From IMG/VR virus record IMGVR_UViG_3300027896_000028: a stretch of 64,000 bases of DNA; one strand, written 5' to 3'. This DNA is from a virus (taxonomy: Duplodnaviria > Heunggongvirae > Uroviricota > Caudoviricetes). The position numbers and the translations under genes are program-made. The stretch's first letter is position 1, and each line of letters starts with the position of its first letter. The notes below the pieces were generated by a model that was not told the DNA's origin, searched no databases, and saw only the letters and a list, made by a program, of their open reading frames with translations. Shown one piece after another: positions 19,143 through 28,639 of this stretch.

Positions 19143-21641
19143 ATGAGATACATATATGCTATACTTGCTGCACTACTCATATTCATTCCTAGAGTAGGAG
19201 CGGTATCTAAGACTGCAGTTTCTACTGGTAACTGGAATGCCGCTATTTGGAGTCCCACTGGAGTTCCAGTCTCTACAGATTCCGTTATTATCTCTAACGT
19301 TACAGTCACCATTACTAATAACATAACGATTACAAATCTCTGGTTGACGAATGCAGTATCAGTTTTAGTAGTTACAAACCCAAATGGCCCAGCTTCCTTA
19401 ACGGTGAAAGGTAACCTCACGAATGAGTCTGGATCAACACTGTCACTCGCCGCGAATTGTACTTGTACGAACCTTGTCATCAATGGTGTTGCTAATAGCA
19501 CAGGTGGACTGATTCTTTTATACAACAGCATATCGCTTACTGCTCAATCAATTACTACGACTGGATTTGGTTCTGGTTCTGGTTCGATTAATAGTGTGAC
19601 TGGAAATAACGTTTGTACCAATCATGGCCAATTTGTTTCTGGCGCTGGTGGGTTTCAGTTGGGATGTGATTCAGGCTCATTTACTCATTCAGGAGGAACT
19701 GGCTCAATAGGATTTAACAAATATGGGGCGGGAACGAATATTCTATATGGGGCGGATGGTACAACTGGCGCACATACTATAAATGCAGGTGTGTGGCAGC
19801 TAAGTCCAGGAGCTTCAATGCAAGCAGTATCTTGGACTATAAAAGGAGTTTTGGACTTGAATAATAACAACTTAGCAGTTGGCGCAGTGGCAAATAAAAC
19901 AATCACACTAGGTAACTCTACAGTTTGTGATATCAAAACAGGAACTGGCACAATGAGTATTTTTTATCCTGATACTATAATTTCAACCTCAGGTGCGGTA
20001 ACTAGCACCATTAGTGGAAACTTAGATATTAATAAGTTTACGAATAATAATGGCGGTCTTCGATTTAATACAGTTAACTCTGCCGCATACATAAAACTTC
20101 AAGCGGTAGTTTCGGGTGGAGGGTTTGTTAAGACTAATGTAGGTACTCTAGAACTTTCTGGTGCAAACATATATACAAATCAATTAGAGATAGCGCAAGG
20201 GGTATTAGTGTTAACTGTCGCTCCTAATAGTAACAACGTTGCTGGTCCATTTGGTAGTAACGCACTCCCGGTGCTTCTTGGAAGCTCAAGTACAATAGCT
20301 AATGCCACTTTGACCTTTGGATTTGATGGATCATCAGATAAAGACTTCTATGTAGGTGTTTCAGGTGAGAGCGGTCCTGCAAATGCTATTAATACGAGTG
20401 GTGGTAACATAGAATTATCAGGATTTATCACTGCTCCTGGTGGAGCTACATCTAAGATGATAGAAAAACGTGGAGGATTAACTCTTACACTTTCCGGAAT
20501 AACTGATAATCTTTGGGTTAAGTGGTATTTAATAGGTGGAACGTTAGTTCTCAATAAATCAAATCCGGCTACTCGAGCAGGTGCTGAGTTATGGCTTGAT
20601 GGTACTTTTAGTACTACAGCTAGACTAGGTCCTGATAGTGGTGGTGATCAAATAGGTACTGGAGGACTAGGAGGAAACCTTAACTTTACTAATCAGAATC
20701 CTGGATCTTTCTCAGTGTTTGATATGAATGGTCAGAATGAAGCTATTGATATTATAAGCGCACCGGTCTCTACTAATTTTATCATCTGTAACAATAGCAA
20801 CAATACCATCTCTACTCTTACTGTAGGTACATCAACTCCTGGCGGTAGTTCATCTTACGGCGGACTATTCTTAGATAATACAAATGGAAGTGGAGGGGGT
20901 TTGGCTTTAAGGAAATATGGTACCGGTATATTCACCTTCTGTTATTCTAATCTATCAGCGTTTACAGGAGGAGTCTTAGTTAGTAATGGTATCTTATCTG
21001 CTACCAACGGGTTCAGGTTTGGTGAAAGCAATAATATCACAGTGGTTCAAGGCGCATATCTATCCCTATTTTCATCATCTAGCGTGCTCGGTACAAACGC
21101 TTGGTTATTTTTAGGTACAAATGCGGGTTCGTTTGTAACTAATAGTTTTAATGGAACTAACTTTATTGGTGCATTGTTCACCAATGGTGTTCGCCTAGCA
21201 AACGGCACCTACGGTGTATCCAACTCTCCTGCAGCTAATAAGATTAACGTCTTCGCAGCAACTAATGTAAATGGTAACGGTATATTGAGTGTGGGTAACG
21301 TTCCTAATGGTATAGCACCGGTTATCACAAACGTTACAGCTAGCTACTTCGAAAATCGCAGTCACTATCCTTGGGCCATACTAACTGGAGTAATCAGCAA
21401 TTCACAAGGTATCTATCCAGCACAAGGAGAAACAGTAACAGCCAAGATAGATGGATTCCCAGCTTATAACGGAACAGTAACTAACAATACAGGCAGATTC
21501 GTAGTAACTAATAGAATTGAGTCTATACCTGGAGGTATATTTCCTATACTATACTCTTATACAGGAGGAACAAACCTCTTAGCTGCACCTACAAATAGCA
21601 GCACAATATTAACCAATGTAGGTTCATTCATGACTTTTTAA
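19143..21641 (+). CDS. autotransporter-like beta-helix repeat protein (PATR-type repeats)
   Basis: 832 aa. Signal-peptide-like MRYIYAILAALLIFIPRVGA. Repeated G-x-GTL-x-LSGAN-x-YT motifs (VGTLELSGANIYTNQLEIAQGVLVL; LRKYGTGIFTF...NGILSATNG) match passenger-associated transport repeats. Confidence 0.55.
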   Translation: MRYIYAILAALLIFIPRVGAVSKTAVSTGNWNAAIWSPTGVPVSTDSVIISNVTVTITNNITITNLWLTNAVSVLVVTNPNGPASLTVKGNLTNESGSTLSLAANCTCTNLVINGVANSTGGLILLYNSISLTAQSITTTGFGSGSGSINSVTGNNVCTNHGQFVSGAGGFQLGCDSGSFTHSGGTGSIGFNKYGAGTNILYGADGTTGAHTINAGVWQLSPGASMQAVSWTIKGVLDLNNNNLAVGAVANKTITLGNSTVCDIKTGTGTMSIFYPDTIISTSGAVTSTISGNLDINKFTNNNGGLRFNTVNSAAYIKLQAVVSGGGFVKTNVGTLELSGANIYTNQLEIAQGVLVLTVAPNSNNVAGPFGSNALPVLLGSSSTIANATLTFGFDGSSDKDFYVGVSGESGPANAINTSGGNIELSGFITAPGGATSKMIEKRGGLTLTLSGITDNLWVKWYLIGGTLVLNKSNPATRAGAELWLDGTFSTTARLGPDSGGDQIGTGGLGGNLNFTNQNPGSFSVFDMNGQNEAIDIISAPVSTNFIICNNSNNTISTLTVGTSTPGGSSSYGGLFLDNTNGSGGGLALRKYGTGIFTFCYSNLSAFTGGVLVSNGILSATNGFRFGESNNITVVQGAYLSLFSSSSVLGTNAWLFLGTNAGSFVTNSFNGTNFIGALFTNGVRLANGTYGVSNSPAANKINVFAATNVNGNGILSVGNVPNGIAPVITNVTASYFENRSHYPWAILTGVISNSQGIYPAQGETVTAKIDGFPAYNGTVTNNTGRFVVTNRIESIPGGIFPILYSYTGGTNLLAAPTNSSTILTNVGSFMTF

Positions 21642-21645
21642 AACT

Positions 21646-21879
21646 ATGGCAAACCTTAACCTTAGAGAACCAAACAATATAACTAGCAATTGGTATGTTG
21701 ATACAACATGCACACATTGCCATAAATGCACTAGAACTTGCTCTGCTGTGTTCTACGGCAACGAAAATGCTACATGGGTATTTGCCGGCCCGCATACTCC
21801 TGAGGATTTGGCTCTGTGTGAGAAAGCTATGGCCGAATGTCCAGTCGGTGCAATAGGTAATGATTGGGTAGAGCCTTGA
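21646..21879 (+). CDS. 4Fe-4S ferredoxin-like protein
   Basis: 77 aa with CTHCHKCTRTC (CxxCxxCxxxC) and a distal ECP cysteine. Confidence 0.55.
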   Translation: MANLNLREPNNITSNWYVDTTCTHCHKCTRTCSAVFYGNENATWVFAGPHTPEDLALCEKAMAECPVGAIGNDWVEP

Positions 21880-21909
21880 TTCGTATTAAGCAGGTACTAC
21901 AATACTACT

Positions 21910-22455
21910 ATGAAAGCAATTGTAGCAATGGATTTAAACCGAACCATTGGTAATAACGGTAAACTCCCCTGGCCAAAAATTAAAGAAGATTTCGCGTTCT
22001 TCAAGAAGATGACTATAGGTGACAATCTTATCATGGGTCGCAAGACTTTTGACTCTGTAGGTGAGTTACCTGGACGCTTCACTTGGATCTTAACTAATGA
22101 TCAATCTAAGATGGCTAAGAAGTGCCTTAATATGGCTGGTGAGAGTTATGCCTACAATAATAACAGCGCTTATGTTGAGCGAGCTGATATTGATAAATTT
22201 ATAGCGACTGAAGGAAAAGATCCTCGATACACTAGCGATTTATGGGTTTGTGGTGGTGCCCAAATCTACAAAGATCTGATTCCCCTCTGCACAGATGTTT
22301 ATGTTACTCTAGTATTGAACGAATACGAAGGTGATACATTTCTACCGGAGTTTGAACATCTCTTCATTGAGCAAACTATTATTAAAGAACATAAAGACTT
22401 CTGGATCATTAGATACCACACACCTACTGCGATACCGGGAACACAATTGGTATAG
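21910..22455 (+). CDS. dihydrofolate reductase
   Basis: 181 aa. AIVAMDLNRTIGNNGKLPW and WVCGGAQIY are the DHFR signature motifs. Confidence 0.85.
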   Translation: MKAIVAMDLNRTIGNNGKLPWPKIKEDFAFFKKMTIGDNLIMGRKTFDSVGELPGRFTWILTNDQSKMAKKCLNMAGESYAYNNNSAYVERADIDKFIATEGKDPRYTSDLWVCGGAQIYKDLIPLCTDVYVTLVLNEYEGDTFLPEFEHLFIEQTIIKEHKDFWIIRYHTPTAIPGTQLV

Positions 22456-22576
22456 GTTTACCTTCGGAGTCAGTTAACACTGTAGCGTCTCCGTTACTGT
22501 TGATAGCATTCGGCATTGTTTGGCAACCTTGCATTAACACTAAAAGTAGTGGTATAGTAATAAACAGAATCTTCAT
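22424..22576 (-). CDS. putative small lipoprotein
   Basis: Track ORF 22424..22630 trimmed to MKILFITIPLLLVLMQGC (lipobox). Confidence 0.35.
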   Translation of the reverse strand: MKILFITIPLLLVLMQGCQTMPNAINSNGDATVLTDSEGKPIPIVFPVSQ

Positions 22577-22908
22577 ATAGCCTCGACAGTATTTATTACT
22601 GGAGGTAGCTCTGGCAATGTAGTCCACCACTTAACCTGGATATCCGCTGCATTCTGATTGTCAAATATCCAATAGAAAACATTAGAGTCTGAGTTATCAG
22701 GCATCTGTCGAGCAATGGTAATTGTTTCACCATCGCTAATAAGAACACGCTCATGCTTCGGAGGAGGTGAGGCATGAGTATACCTATTCCAGTTAACGTT
22801 CATATCAATATTTAATATGTTTTCTTTCATAATCAAAGGATATAACCGATTTGGACGAAGTGCAAGTCTATTAATACGTCCGAATTTACTAGTTGATTTA
22901 TGTTTCAT
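22573..22908 (-). CDS. hypothetical protein
   Basis: 111-aa ORF. Confidence 0.4.
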   Translation of the reverse strand: MKHKSTSKFGRINRLALRPNRLYPLIMKENILNIDMNVNWNRYTHASPPPKHERVLISDGETITIARQMPDNSDSNVFYWIFDNQNAADIQVKWWTTLPELPPVINTVEAI

Positions 22909-22924
22909 ACCTCTAAATAGTAGT

Positions 22925-23404
22925 ATGAAGAAGATTACTGCTTACGCCGCTATCGCGCTTGTCGCAACGATGTTTATTATTGGTTGTTCTACCACCAAGG
23001 ATCTTGCACCAAACGGTGCATATAATCAAGATGCATACCTGTATAACATTGATCAAACCGTTGTTGTATCATATAACGTGATTGATCAATTTCTCATATT
23101 TGAAATGAAGAATAACGACTGGATTAAAACCAATTCACCTGAGGTCTTTAAGATTGCTAACGACATCAGAGATAAGACACCGAACGTCCTGAAGAATATC
23201 TCAACAGCTCGTAACTTGTATATCAAGTATCTAGGTAACACCAATGAACTAGCAGCCAATAAAGAATTGGCAAAAGCACAGCTGTCATCAGCTGTCGGTG
23301 ATCTTAGCAACACTGCATTGATCGCTCAAAGCGCTATTGGCGCAGTCAGTATAGGTGCACAAGCTCCGGTTGCTACGAATGTTGTCAACATCCTACCCCA
23401 ATAA
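22925..23404 (+). CDS. putative lipoprotein
   Basis: Track ORF 22817..23404 trimmed to MKKITAYAAIALVATMFIIGCS (lipobox). Confidence 0.5.
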   Translation: MKKITAYAAIALVATMFIIGCSTTKDLAPNGAYNQDAYLYNIDQTVVVSYNVIDQFLIFEMKNNDWIKTNSPEVFKIANDIRDKTPNVLKNISTARNLYIKYLGNTNELAANKELAKAQLSSAVGDLSNTALIAQSAIGAVSIGAQAPVATNVVNILPQ

Positions 23405-23407
23405 TTT

Positions 23408-23692
23408 ATGTCAAATCAAACTACTGAAACAATTGCGACAAATGCATCTGCAATCTTGAATGCTGTTAACGGTGTTCTACCTATCGTCGAAGCTCTTGTA
23501 CCTGCAGCTCAAGGTAACGCTCAGGTTATTAAACTCGCTACCGATGCTGCAGCTGCGTTGATACCTCTTATTAGATGTATACCGACCGGTGGTGAAGTAA
23601 CTGTGCAAGAGCAAGCTGCTCAATTCGCTCGAGTTTACGCTATCCTTGCTGGTACACCACTAACTGGACCGCAGTGGCAGAAACAGGTCTAA
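23408..23692 (+). CDS. hypothetical protein
   Basis: 94 aa, Ala-rich. Confidence 0.45.
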   Translation: MSNQTTETIATNASAILNAVNGVLPIVEALVPAAQGNAQVIKLATDAAAALIPLIRCIPTGGEVTVQEQAAQFARVYAILAGTPLTGPQWQKQV

Positions 23693-23694
23693 CA

Positions 23695-23922
23695 TTACCA
23701 GTTAATCGTTGTAGTTTCACTATCCATGTCTACATGGACCTGGTAACCTAACCTCAAGAGCTCCCTCTTGACTGTAGCTTTAATGCGGTAAGCTAGTCTA
23801 CATTCGCGTAAATTAGTATTAATACTGCGAAGGATATTCTCTTCTACGTTCTCAAGCTGACCTTCGAGGCTACCCTCAACCATGTCAGCTGCTTCCTGTG
23901 CTGTAGGTAATTTTTTAAACAT
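23695..23922 (-). CDS. hypothetical protein
   Basis: Track ORF 23695..24021 trimmed to an internal Met to reduce overlap with the next gene. Confidence 0.35.
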   Translation of the reverse strand: MFKKLPTAQEAADMVEGSLEGQLENVEENILRSINTNLRECRLAYRIKATVKRELLRLGYQVHVDMDSETTTINW

Positions 23923-24250
23923 ATACGATTTTGATTTTATTTTGTTCTGCGAATTCAATCTCGGCTTTAACACCGACAGATACATCCCAGCCTGGGAGCT
24001 GATAAACGAATAAACCATCACACAAGCTCAAAAAATGTAGATCGTGCTCTGACCAGAACTCCCATGTGTGAGGTAATTTAGGCTCAGCAGCGAGAGCAAT
24101 TGGACGACCGTGTGATATCGGAGAGTATACGCGATACCCTTCTAACATCAGAGCAGCTGCCTTCTTGTTGATGAGGTTAAACCTGCTCTCCATCTCCTTA
24201 GGGTCTGGATGTGAGTATGGTGCTGCCAGATAGATGAATAGCTTTTTCAT
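23915..24250 (-). CDS. nucleoside 2-deoxyribosyltransferase-like / DUF4406-like protein (putative)
   Basis: 111 aa. MKKLFIYLAAPYSHPD...CDGLFVYQLPGWDVSVGVKAEIEFA matches the small Rossmann NDT-like fold pattern (inference). Confidence 0.4.
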   Translation of the reverse strand: MKKLFIYLAAPYSHPDPKEMESRFNLINKKAAALMLEGYRVYSPISHGRPIALAAEPKLPHTWEFWSEHDLHFLSLCDGLFVYQLPGWDVSVGVKAEIEFAEQNKIKIVYV

Positions 24251-24251
24251 G

Positions 24252-24482
24252 TTATTTGCGTCTAGCTAGATTGTGAATAAAACCATCCATGTCCGTTCCT
24301 CTCCAGACATCATAACCAGTTGCACCTTTAGGAAGCGCTCTATTCTCTTTGCGAGCTTCTTCTACAAGCTGTTTAACTACACATGGCTTCAGCACTACGG
24401 ACCAGTCATGTATTTGCTTGTATTGCATCTTCAGACCGTCTTGAAGAGTGAACGATTTATTGATTAAGTCTTCGACTAACAT
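24252..24482 (-). CDS. hypothetical protein
   Basis: Track ORF 24252..24527 trimmed to a downstream Met so it does not overlap the tRNA. Confidence 0.4.
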   Translation of the reverse strand: MLVEDLINKSFTLQDGLKMQYKQIHDWSVVLKPCVVKQLVEEARKENRALPKGATGYDVWRGTDMDGFIHNLARRK

Positions 24483-24493
24483 ATGATTTAAGT

Positions 24494-24569
<76 letters not shown>

Positions 24570-24779
24570 GAGATTATTTTTTCTTTTTCTTTATTGGCAT
24601 GTACTTCCGGTCTCTACCGTTAAGTGCAAGGGCGTAGTTCAGCGTATTGGCGACACTATCGCTCATCGTATATACAGCTTTAAACACCTTTTGATTAGTA
24701 TCCGTGTTAATCAAATTGTACTTTCTTTCCATAACAATAATGTAGTATCAAAATGAAAATTAAGCAACTGAATTTTAGA

Positions 24780-25580
24780 CTATTTTAAGAGGTTGAAGTA
24801 TTCTCGCCAATCACATTTAATGAGCTTGCATTGTCTAGGGTCAGACAGATATAAGAAGTCTAAAATCTTTTCATCACTACCAATGTAGCCATTTGCAATG
24901 CAGGCTTCTACAATCATGTTAAATGTAGTAACCATTGAGTCTATCATTTCAATAGGTACAATGAATGCTGTACCTTGAATAAAGCGCATCTGCGACAAAG
25001 CATGATCTCTCGGTACTTGTATGCTAATATCTGAATGATGAGAGAAGAATGTAATTCGTTCTTTATCGATCTTAGCTTCGTTAGGCCATACCACACCCTT
25101 GTAGTTTTTTATATCTTCTCTCAAGCCACCAGCGTCAACCCAGAATAGGAACTGCTGACCTGGGAAAGCTGCAGCTTCTGCTGCAATCTCCAGAAAGCGT
25201 ACCTTATTAAACATCACTACATTGTATAGGGGTTTAGACATCTCTGGTACATGGTGAAAGGACACTTGCTTCTTGAATGCTTCAGAAGACATCAGCTCTT
25301 CAAGTTCATCGTTAAACTGAACATAGGCATCTAGCTCTTTAAGAGGTGTAATTAGTAGATGCGTCTTACAACCTGTAGGGTCAACCTCTCTACGAGATCT
25401 TATGATCTCCTCTTTAAATTTCTCTTCAGTAAAGATGACCATATTGCAGTCGATAGCTAACGTATTCTTCATCCAGTGGAGATACGTGTTGTAAGACATA
25501 GTGTGATGTTGCCATTTATCCCTCTCAATATCATAGAGAGCTGTAACTAGAGTAGTGTGTTTATTCATATCCATTGCCAA
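24780..25580 (-). CDS. hypothetical protein (possible nucleotide-sugar transferase-like)
   Basis: 266 aa. An LFWVDAGG motif lies in a glycosylation gene cluster. The family assignment is uncertain. Confidence 0.45.
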   Translation of the reverse strand: MAMDMNKHTTLVTALYDIERDKWQHHTMSYNTYLHWMKNTLAIDCNMVIFTEEKFKEEIIRSRREVDPTGCKTHLLITPLKELDAYVQFNDELEELMSSEAFKKQVSFHHVPEMSKPLYNVVMFNKVRFLEIAAEAAAFPGQQFLFWVDAGGLREDIKNYKGVVWPNEAKIDKERITFFSHHSDISIQVPRDHALSQMRFIQGTAFIVPIEMIDSMVTTFNMIVEACIANGYIGSDEKILDFLYLSDPRQCKLIKCDWREYFNLLK

Positions 25581-26323
25581 TTTACAATTTGATTTTTGTG
25601 AAGTATATTTACCTTAGACACATCAAAATGTCTAGAGGTGTTATCAGGGCTGTATAGAGAGTCTAATTTAAAGCCTACATGGTTAAGCATAGTGGGTACA
25701 AAACCTTCACCGTAACCAAAATAACCAGCATCATTGAAATCTAACAAAGCTTTAAACGCTTCATTTGAATATCGAGTGATAGCAAAGAATGAACCGAATA
25801 TGTCTTTGACATCAGCAGGCATAGTATCTGTCGGGCCAGGATATCTACGAAACCAATCGGTACCTGAGTGAGTATTATTGTCAATCAACGGTACTAGAGG
25901 TTGTTCAGTGATACCAGCATTCTTGAATATGAAGTAGCTTAGGAAATCTGAATCATACTTTACATCTTTAAAAAATGCATCCCAGTCATTGCAGAGTATA
26001 TCATCATCAAAGAACCAATAGTAGTCGAAATTTGGATTAGCTTTATAGAAGTTAAGCATCCTTAGATAAGCATAGAACCATATGATGTTACGATTACCAT
26101 AAGCATTCCAGTAATGCTGCTTGCTTACCTCGTGTGGAAATTTCAGATTCTTTCGTACATCTGCTTCTGTGTAGATAAATGAGTTACCGTTGATAGGAGA
26201 AACTGGATTACTCTGACTATCGATAATAGCGTAGGTATTAGGTTTTTCAAGAAATGCCTTCCAGTGTGGGATATAGCTATTAATTGAATGGTTAGCAAAG
26301 CATGCACAATAACTGTTAATCAT
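25565..26323 (-). CDS. putative glycosyltransferase (DxD motif)
   Basis: 252 aa. YWFFDDDILCNDWD is a DXD-type motif. Confidence 0.5.
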   Translation of the reverse strand: MINSYCACFANHSINSYIPHWKAFLEKPNTYAIIDSQSNPVSPINGNSFIYTEADVRKNLKFPHEVSKQHYWNAYGNRNIIWFYAYLRMLNFYKANPNFDYYWFFDDDILCNDWDAFFKDVKYDSDFLSYFIFKNAGITEQPLVPLIDNNTHSGTDWFRRYPGPTDTMPADVKDIFGSFFAITRYSNEAFKALLDFNDAGYFGYGEGFVPTMLNHVGFKLDSLYSPDNTSRHFDVSKVNILHKNQIVNWQWI

Positions 26324-27122
26324 ACGAAGTTCTTAGAATTTTATACCATGTAGGTATCCGGTTAAATTGATGTACAATAGCATAAGGTGACCTCTGTTTA
26401 TTTACTATGCGACCATTGTATAGTTCAGGTACACAGTACTTCTCTTTTATGATGTTAAAGAATCCCCACACATTGAAGAATTGTGTTGGTCCAGCTACTG
26501 CACAATGCATAGCCCAGCTGTCATTTAAATTATAAATCTTCAGCTTATCTACCTGCTTCTTAGCTACCATGACAATGAGAGCTGCCTGGTCTTGTATATC
26601 ATGCTTATTAGTGCTACCTTCACACATAGCGTACATCCGCTTAAGCAATGAACTTAGAGGTGCGCGATTACCAGCAATGACACCAGAGTTGATGACTTCT
26701 TGATCTGAACATACAGCTCTATCACCTGGAAATAGCTTGCTTATGTTATCGGCATTCCATGGTTCCTGGTTAACCGTAACACCTTCACCACTTACAAAAA
26801 TATCATATGTACTGAAATCGAGCAAGAGCGGATTATCTTGAAATACGACATCAAAGACATCTGTGTACAGGATATGTTCATCTGTAATTGTGTCTAGATA
26901 ATCTGCAGCTACCTTCAACCGTGTATGATTAATAGATTGCTCGTGTGGTAGATTAACAGATATAACTTTCAACGGTAGATCGGCTACAGACTGCAAATCT
27001 CGTTCAGTCGCGTTAATAGCAAGTAAAACTACTGCATCTGGGCTGAAACGCTTGAAGCTCCTACTCCAGAGGCTTATTTTCGCTTTGTTATTGAACAGTT
27101 GATTACAAACACCTAAAAGCAT
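26316..27122 (-). CDS. putative glycosyltransferase
   Basis: 268 aa. ILYTDVFDVVFQDNP is a DxD-like motif. Co-oriented with neighbouring GT genes. Confidence 0.45.
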   Translation of the reverse strand: MLLGVCNQLFNNKAKISLWSRSFKRFSPDAVVLLAINATERDLQSVADLPLKVISVNLPHEQSINHTRLKVAADYLDTITDEHILYTDVFDVVFQDNPLLLDFSTYDIFVSGEGVTVNQEPWNADNISKLFPGDRAVCSDQEVINSGVIAGNRAPLSSLLKRMYAMCEGSTNKHDIQDQAALIVMVAKKQVDKLKIYNLNDSWAMHCAVAGPTQFFNVWGFFNIIKEKYCVPELYNGRIVNKQRSPYAIVHQFNRIPTWYKILRTSYD

Positions 27123-27123
27123 A

Positions 27124-28362
27124 TTAAAGTTTACCTATAATTTGGTTACACCATCCCTTGCTCATACTATGAGGCCAAACAATCCAGCTAGCAGGTTTTT
27201 CAACTACATCAAACTCTCTCCAAATTTTAACCCATTGATCATCACCAGCGAGACAAGCCTTCACCTCTTCTAGATTAGCATCCTTACGATATAGATCGCG
27301 ACCGTCAGCAGCCTTGAAAGCAACACACCAGAAATCATAATCAGTCTCAGTAAACTGTGGTCTATGAGCATCTATACAATGCTTGAAACGACGTGTGAGC
27401 GATGCTTCCCAATTTTCAACTGGTGGATTAGGAGCTATCTTATTCTCTAATGTATATTGCTGAACTGAGCGATTCTTGAAGCTGATACCAGCATACAGCT
27501 CGTAATCGCGAAGTGTACGCTTAGTACCGAATCCGTAGATACCAAAATCAATATCCTGTACTTCGTTATCCATACCGAAAAGCTTACGATTTCTTAAATG
27601 AGATTCCTTATTCTGTTCACCCCATTTAGGTGCATCATCCCAATGCTTTGTACGACCCTTTCTAGTATACTCGTGCCAGCATATAACCTTGTGCGGACAG
27701 AACAAATCATATCCATGTGTAAATGACCTCACAGCAAGGTTAATCTCTTCACCATGAAAGTAATAATGTGGGTCATAAATCACCTCTTTATTCCATTGAC
27801 CTAGAGTGAAGATAAAATGAGCTGAGAGAAAACGAGCTGGTAACGGTGAATTATAACTCTGCCAATTCGGTATAGTAGCTGGAAGAAAGAATACAGCTCC
27901 TTCAGGAATGAATCTATCAAAATTCATCAACCACGGAACCTCTGTTCTACCAGCTGGATAAGTCTCCGGGTTAAATGATGGTATATAAGATGTCAGCAAA
28001 GGTTTCTCATGTCCTTTAGCTCTCAACTCCTCGAGCATGTTGATACAAGTTTCATCCCAGTTCGGTGTAAACCTGTGATGTGAATCCAAACATAACGAAT
28101 ACTTCTCATTTGTATACTGCTGTTGAATGAGATTACGTGCCCAGCAACAGCCACCTGTTTTGTCATGGGGTATATCAAGTATCTTTACATTCGGCAGATC
28201 TTTAATCTCGTCAATTTTCTCATCCGGTGAATGCTGCCATGCAATGCAGATTGTAATATTCTCTGGATTCTTAGCGTTTGAAAGTAGGTGCTGAATTGTC
28301 GACACCAACAGAGGGTCTCGGTAAGCAGCGATCTGCACAAAAATAGTATTTGGTTGCGCCAT
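27124..28362 (-). CDS. glycosyltransferase (GT-A fold)
   Basis: 412 aa. N-terminal IFVQIAAYRDP...ICIAWQHSPDE...CLDSHHRF follows a GT-A Rossmann pattern. Confidence 0.6.
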   Translation of the reverse strand: MAQPNTIFVQIAAYRDPLLVSTIQHLLSNAKNPENITICIAWQHSPDEKIDEIKDLPNVKILDIPHDKTGGCCWARNLIQQQYTNEKYSLCLDSHHRFTPNWDETCINMLEELRAKGHEKPLLTSYIPSFNPETYPAGRTEVPWLMNFDRFIPEGAVFFLPATIPNWQSYNSPLPARFLSAHFIFTLGQWNKEVIYDPHYYFHGEEINLAVRSFTHGYDLFCPHKVICWHEYTRKGRTKHWDDAPKWGEQNKESHLRNRKLFGMDNEVQDIDFGIYGFGTKRTLRDYELYAGISFKNRSVQQYTLENKIAPNPPVENWEASLTRRFKHCIDAHRPQFTETDYDFWCVAFKAADGRDLYRKDANLEEVKACLAGDDQWVKIWREFDVVEKPASWIVWPHSMSKGWCNQIIGKL

Positions 28363-28383
28363 GATAATAATTACGTATAAATA

Positions 28384-28635
28384 ATGTATATGCCACTTAA
28401 ACCAGGTTCAAGTAAAAAAACGATTAGTTCTAATGTTGGTGAGTTGATGAGCTCTTACAAAAAGAAAGGTACGCTCGGTACTTCCCACCCAAAAAGCAAA
28501 GCAAAAGCTCGCAAACAGGCTATAGCTATTGCAATGAGCAAAGCCGGTAAAAATAAGAAGACTCATAATGAGTGCTTTAATAACGCTGTTAACAGAGTGC
28601 TGTCCGAGGCTTTCGAGTTTAAAATTGAAAGCTGA
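28384..28635 (+). CDS. small basic protein
   Basis: 83 aa, Lys-rich. Confidence 0.4.
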   Translation: MYMPLKPGSSKKTISSNVGELMSSYKKKGTLGTSHPKSKAKARKQAIAIAMSKAGKNKKTHNECFNNAVNRVLSEAFEFKIES

Positions 28636-28639
28636 GTTG

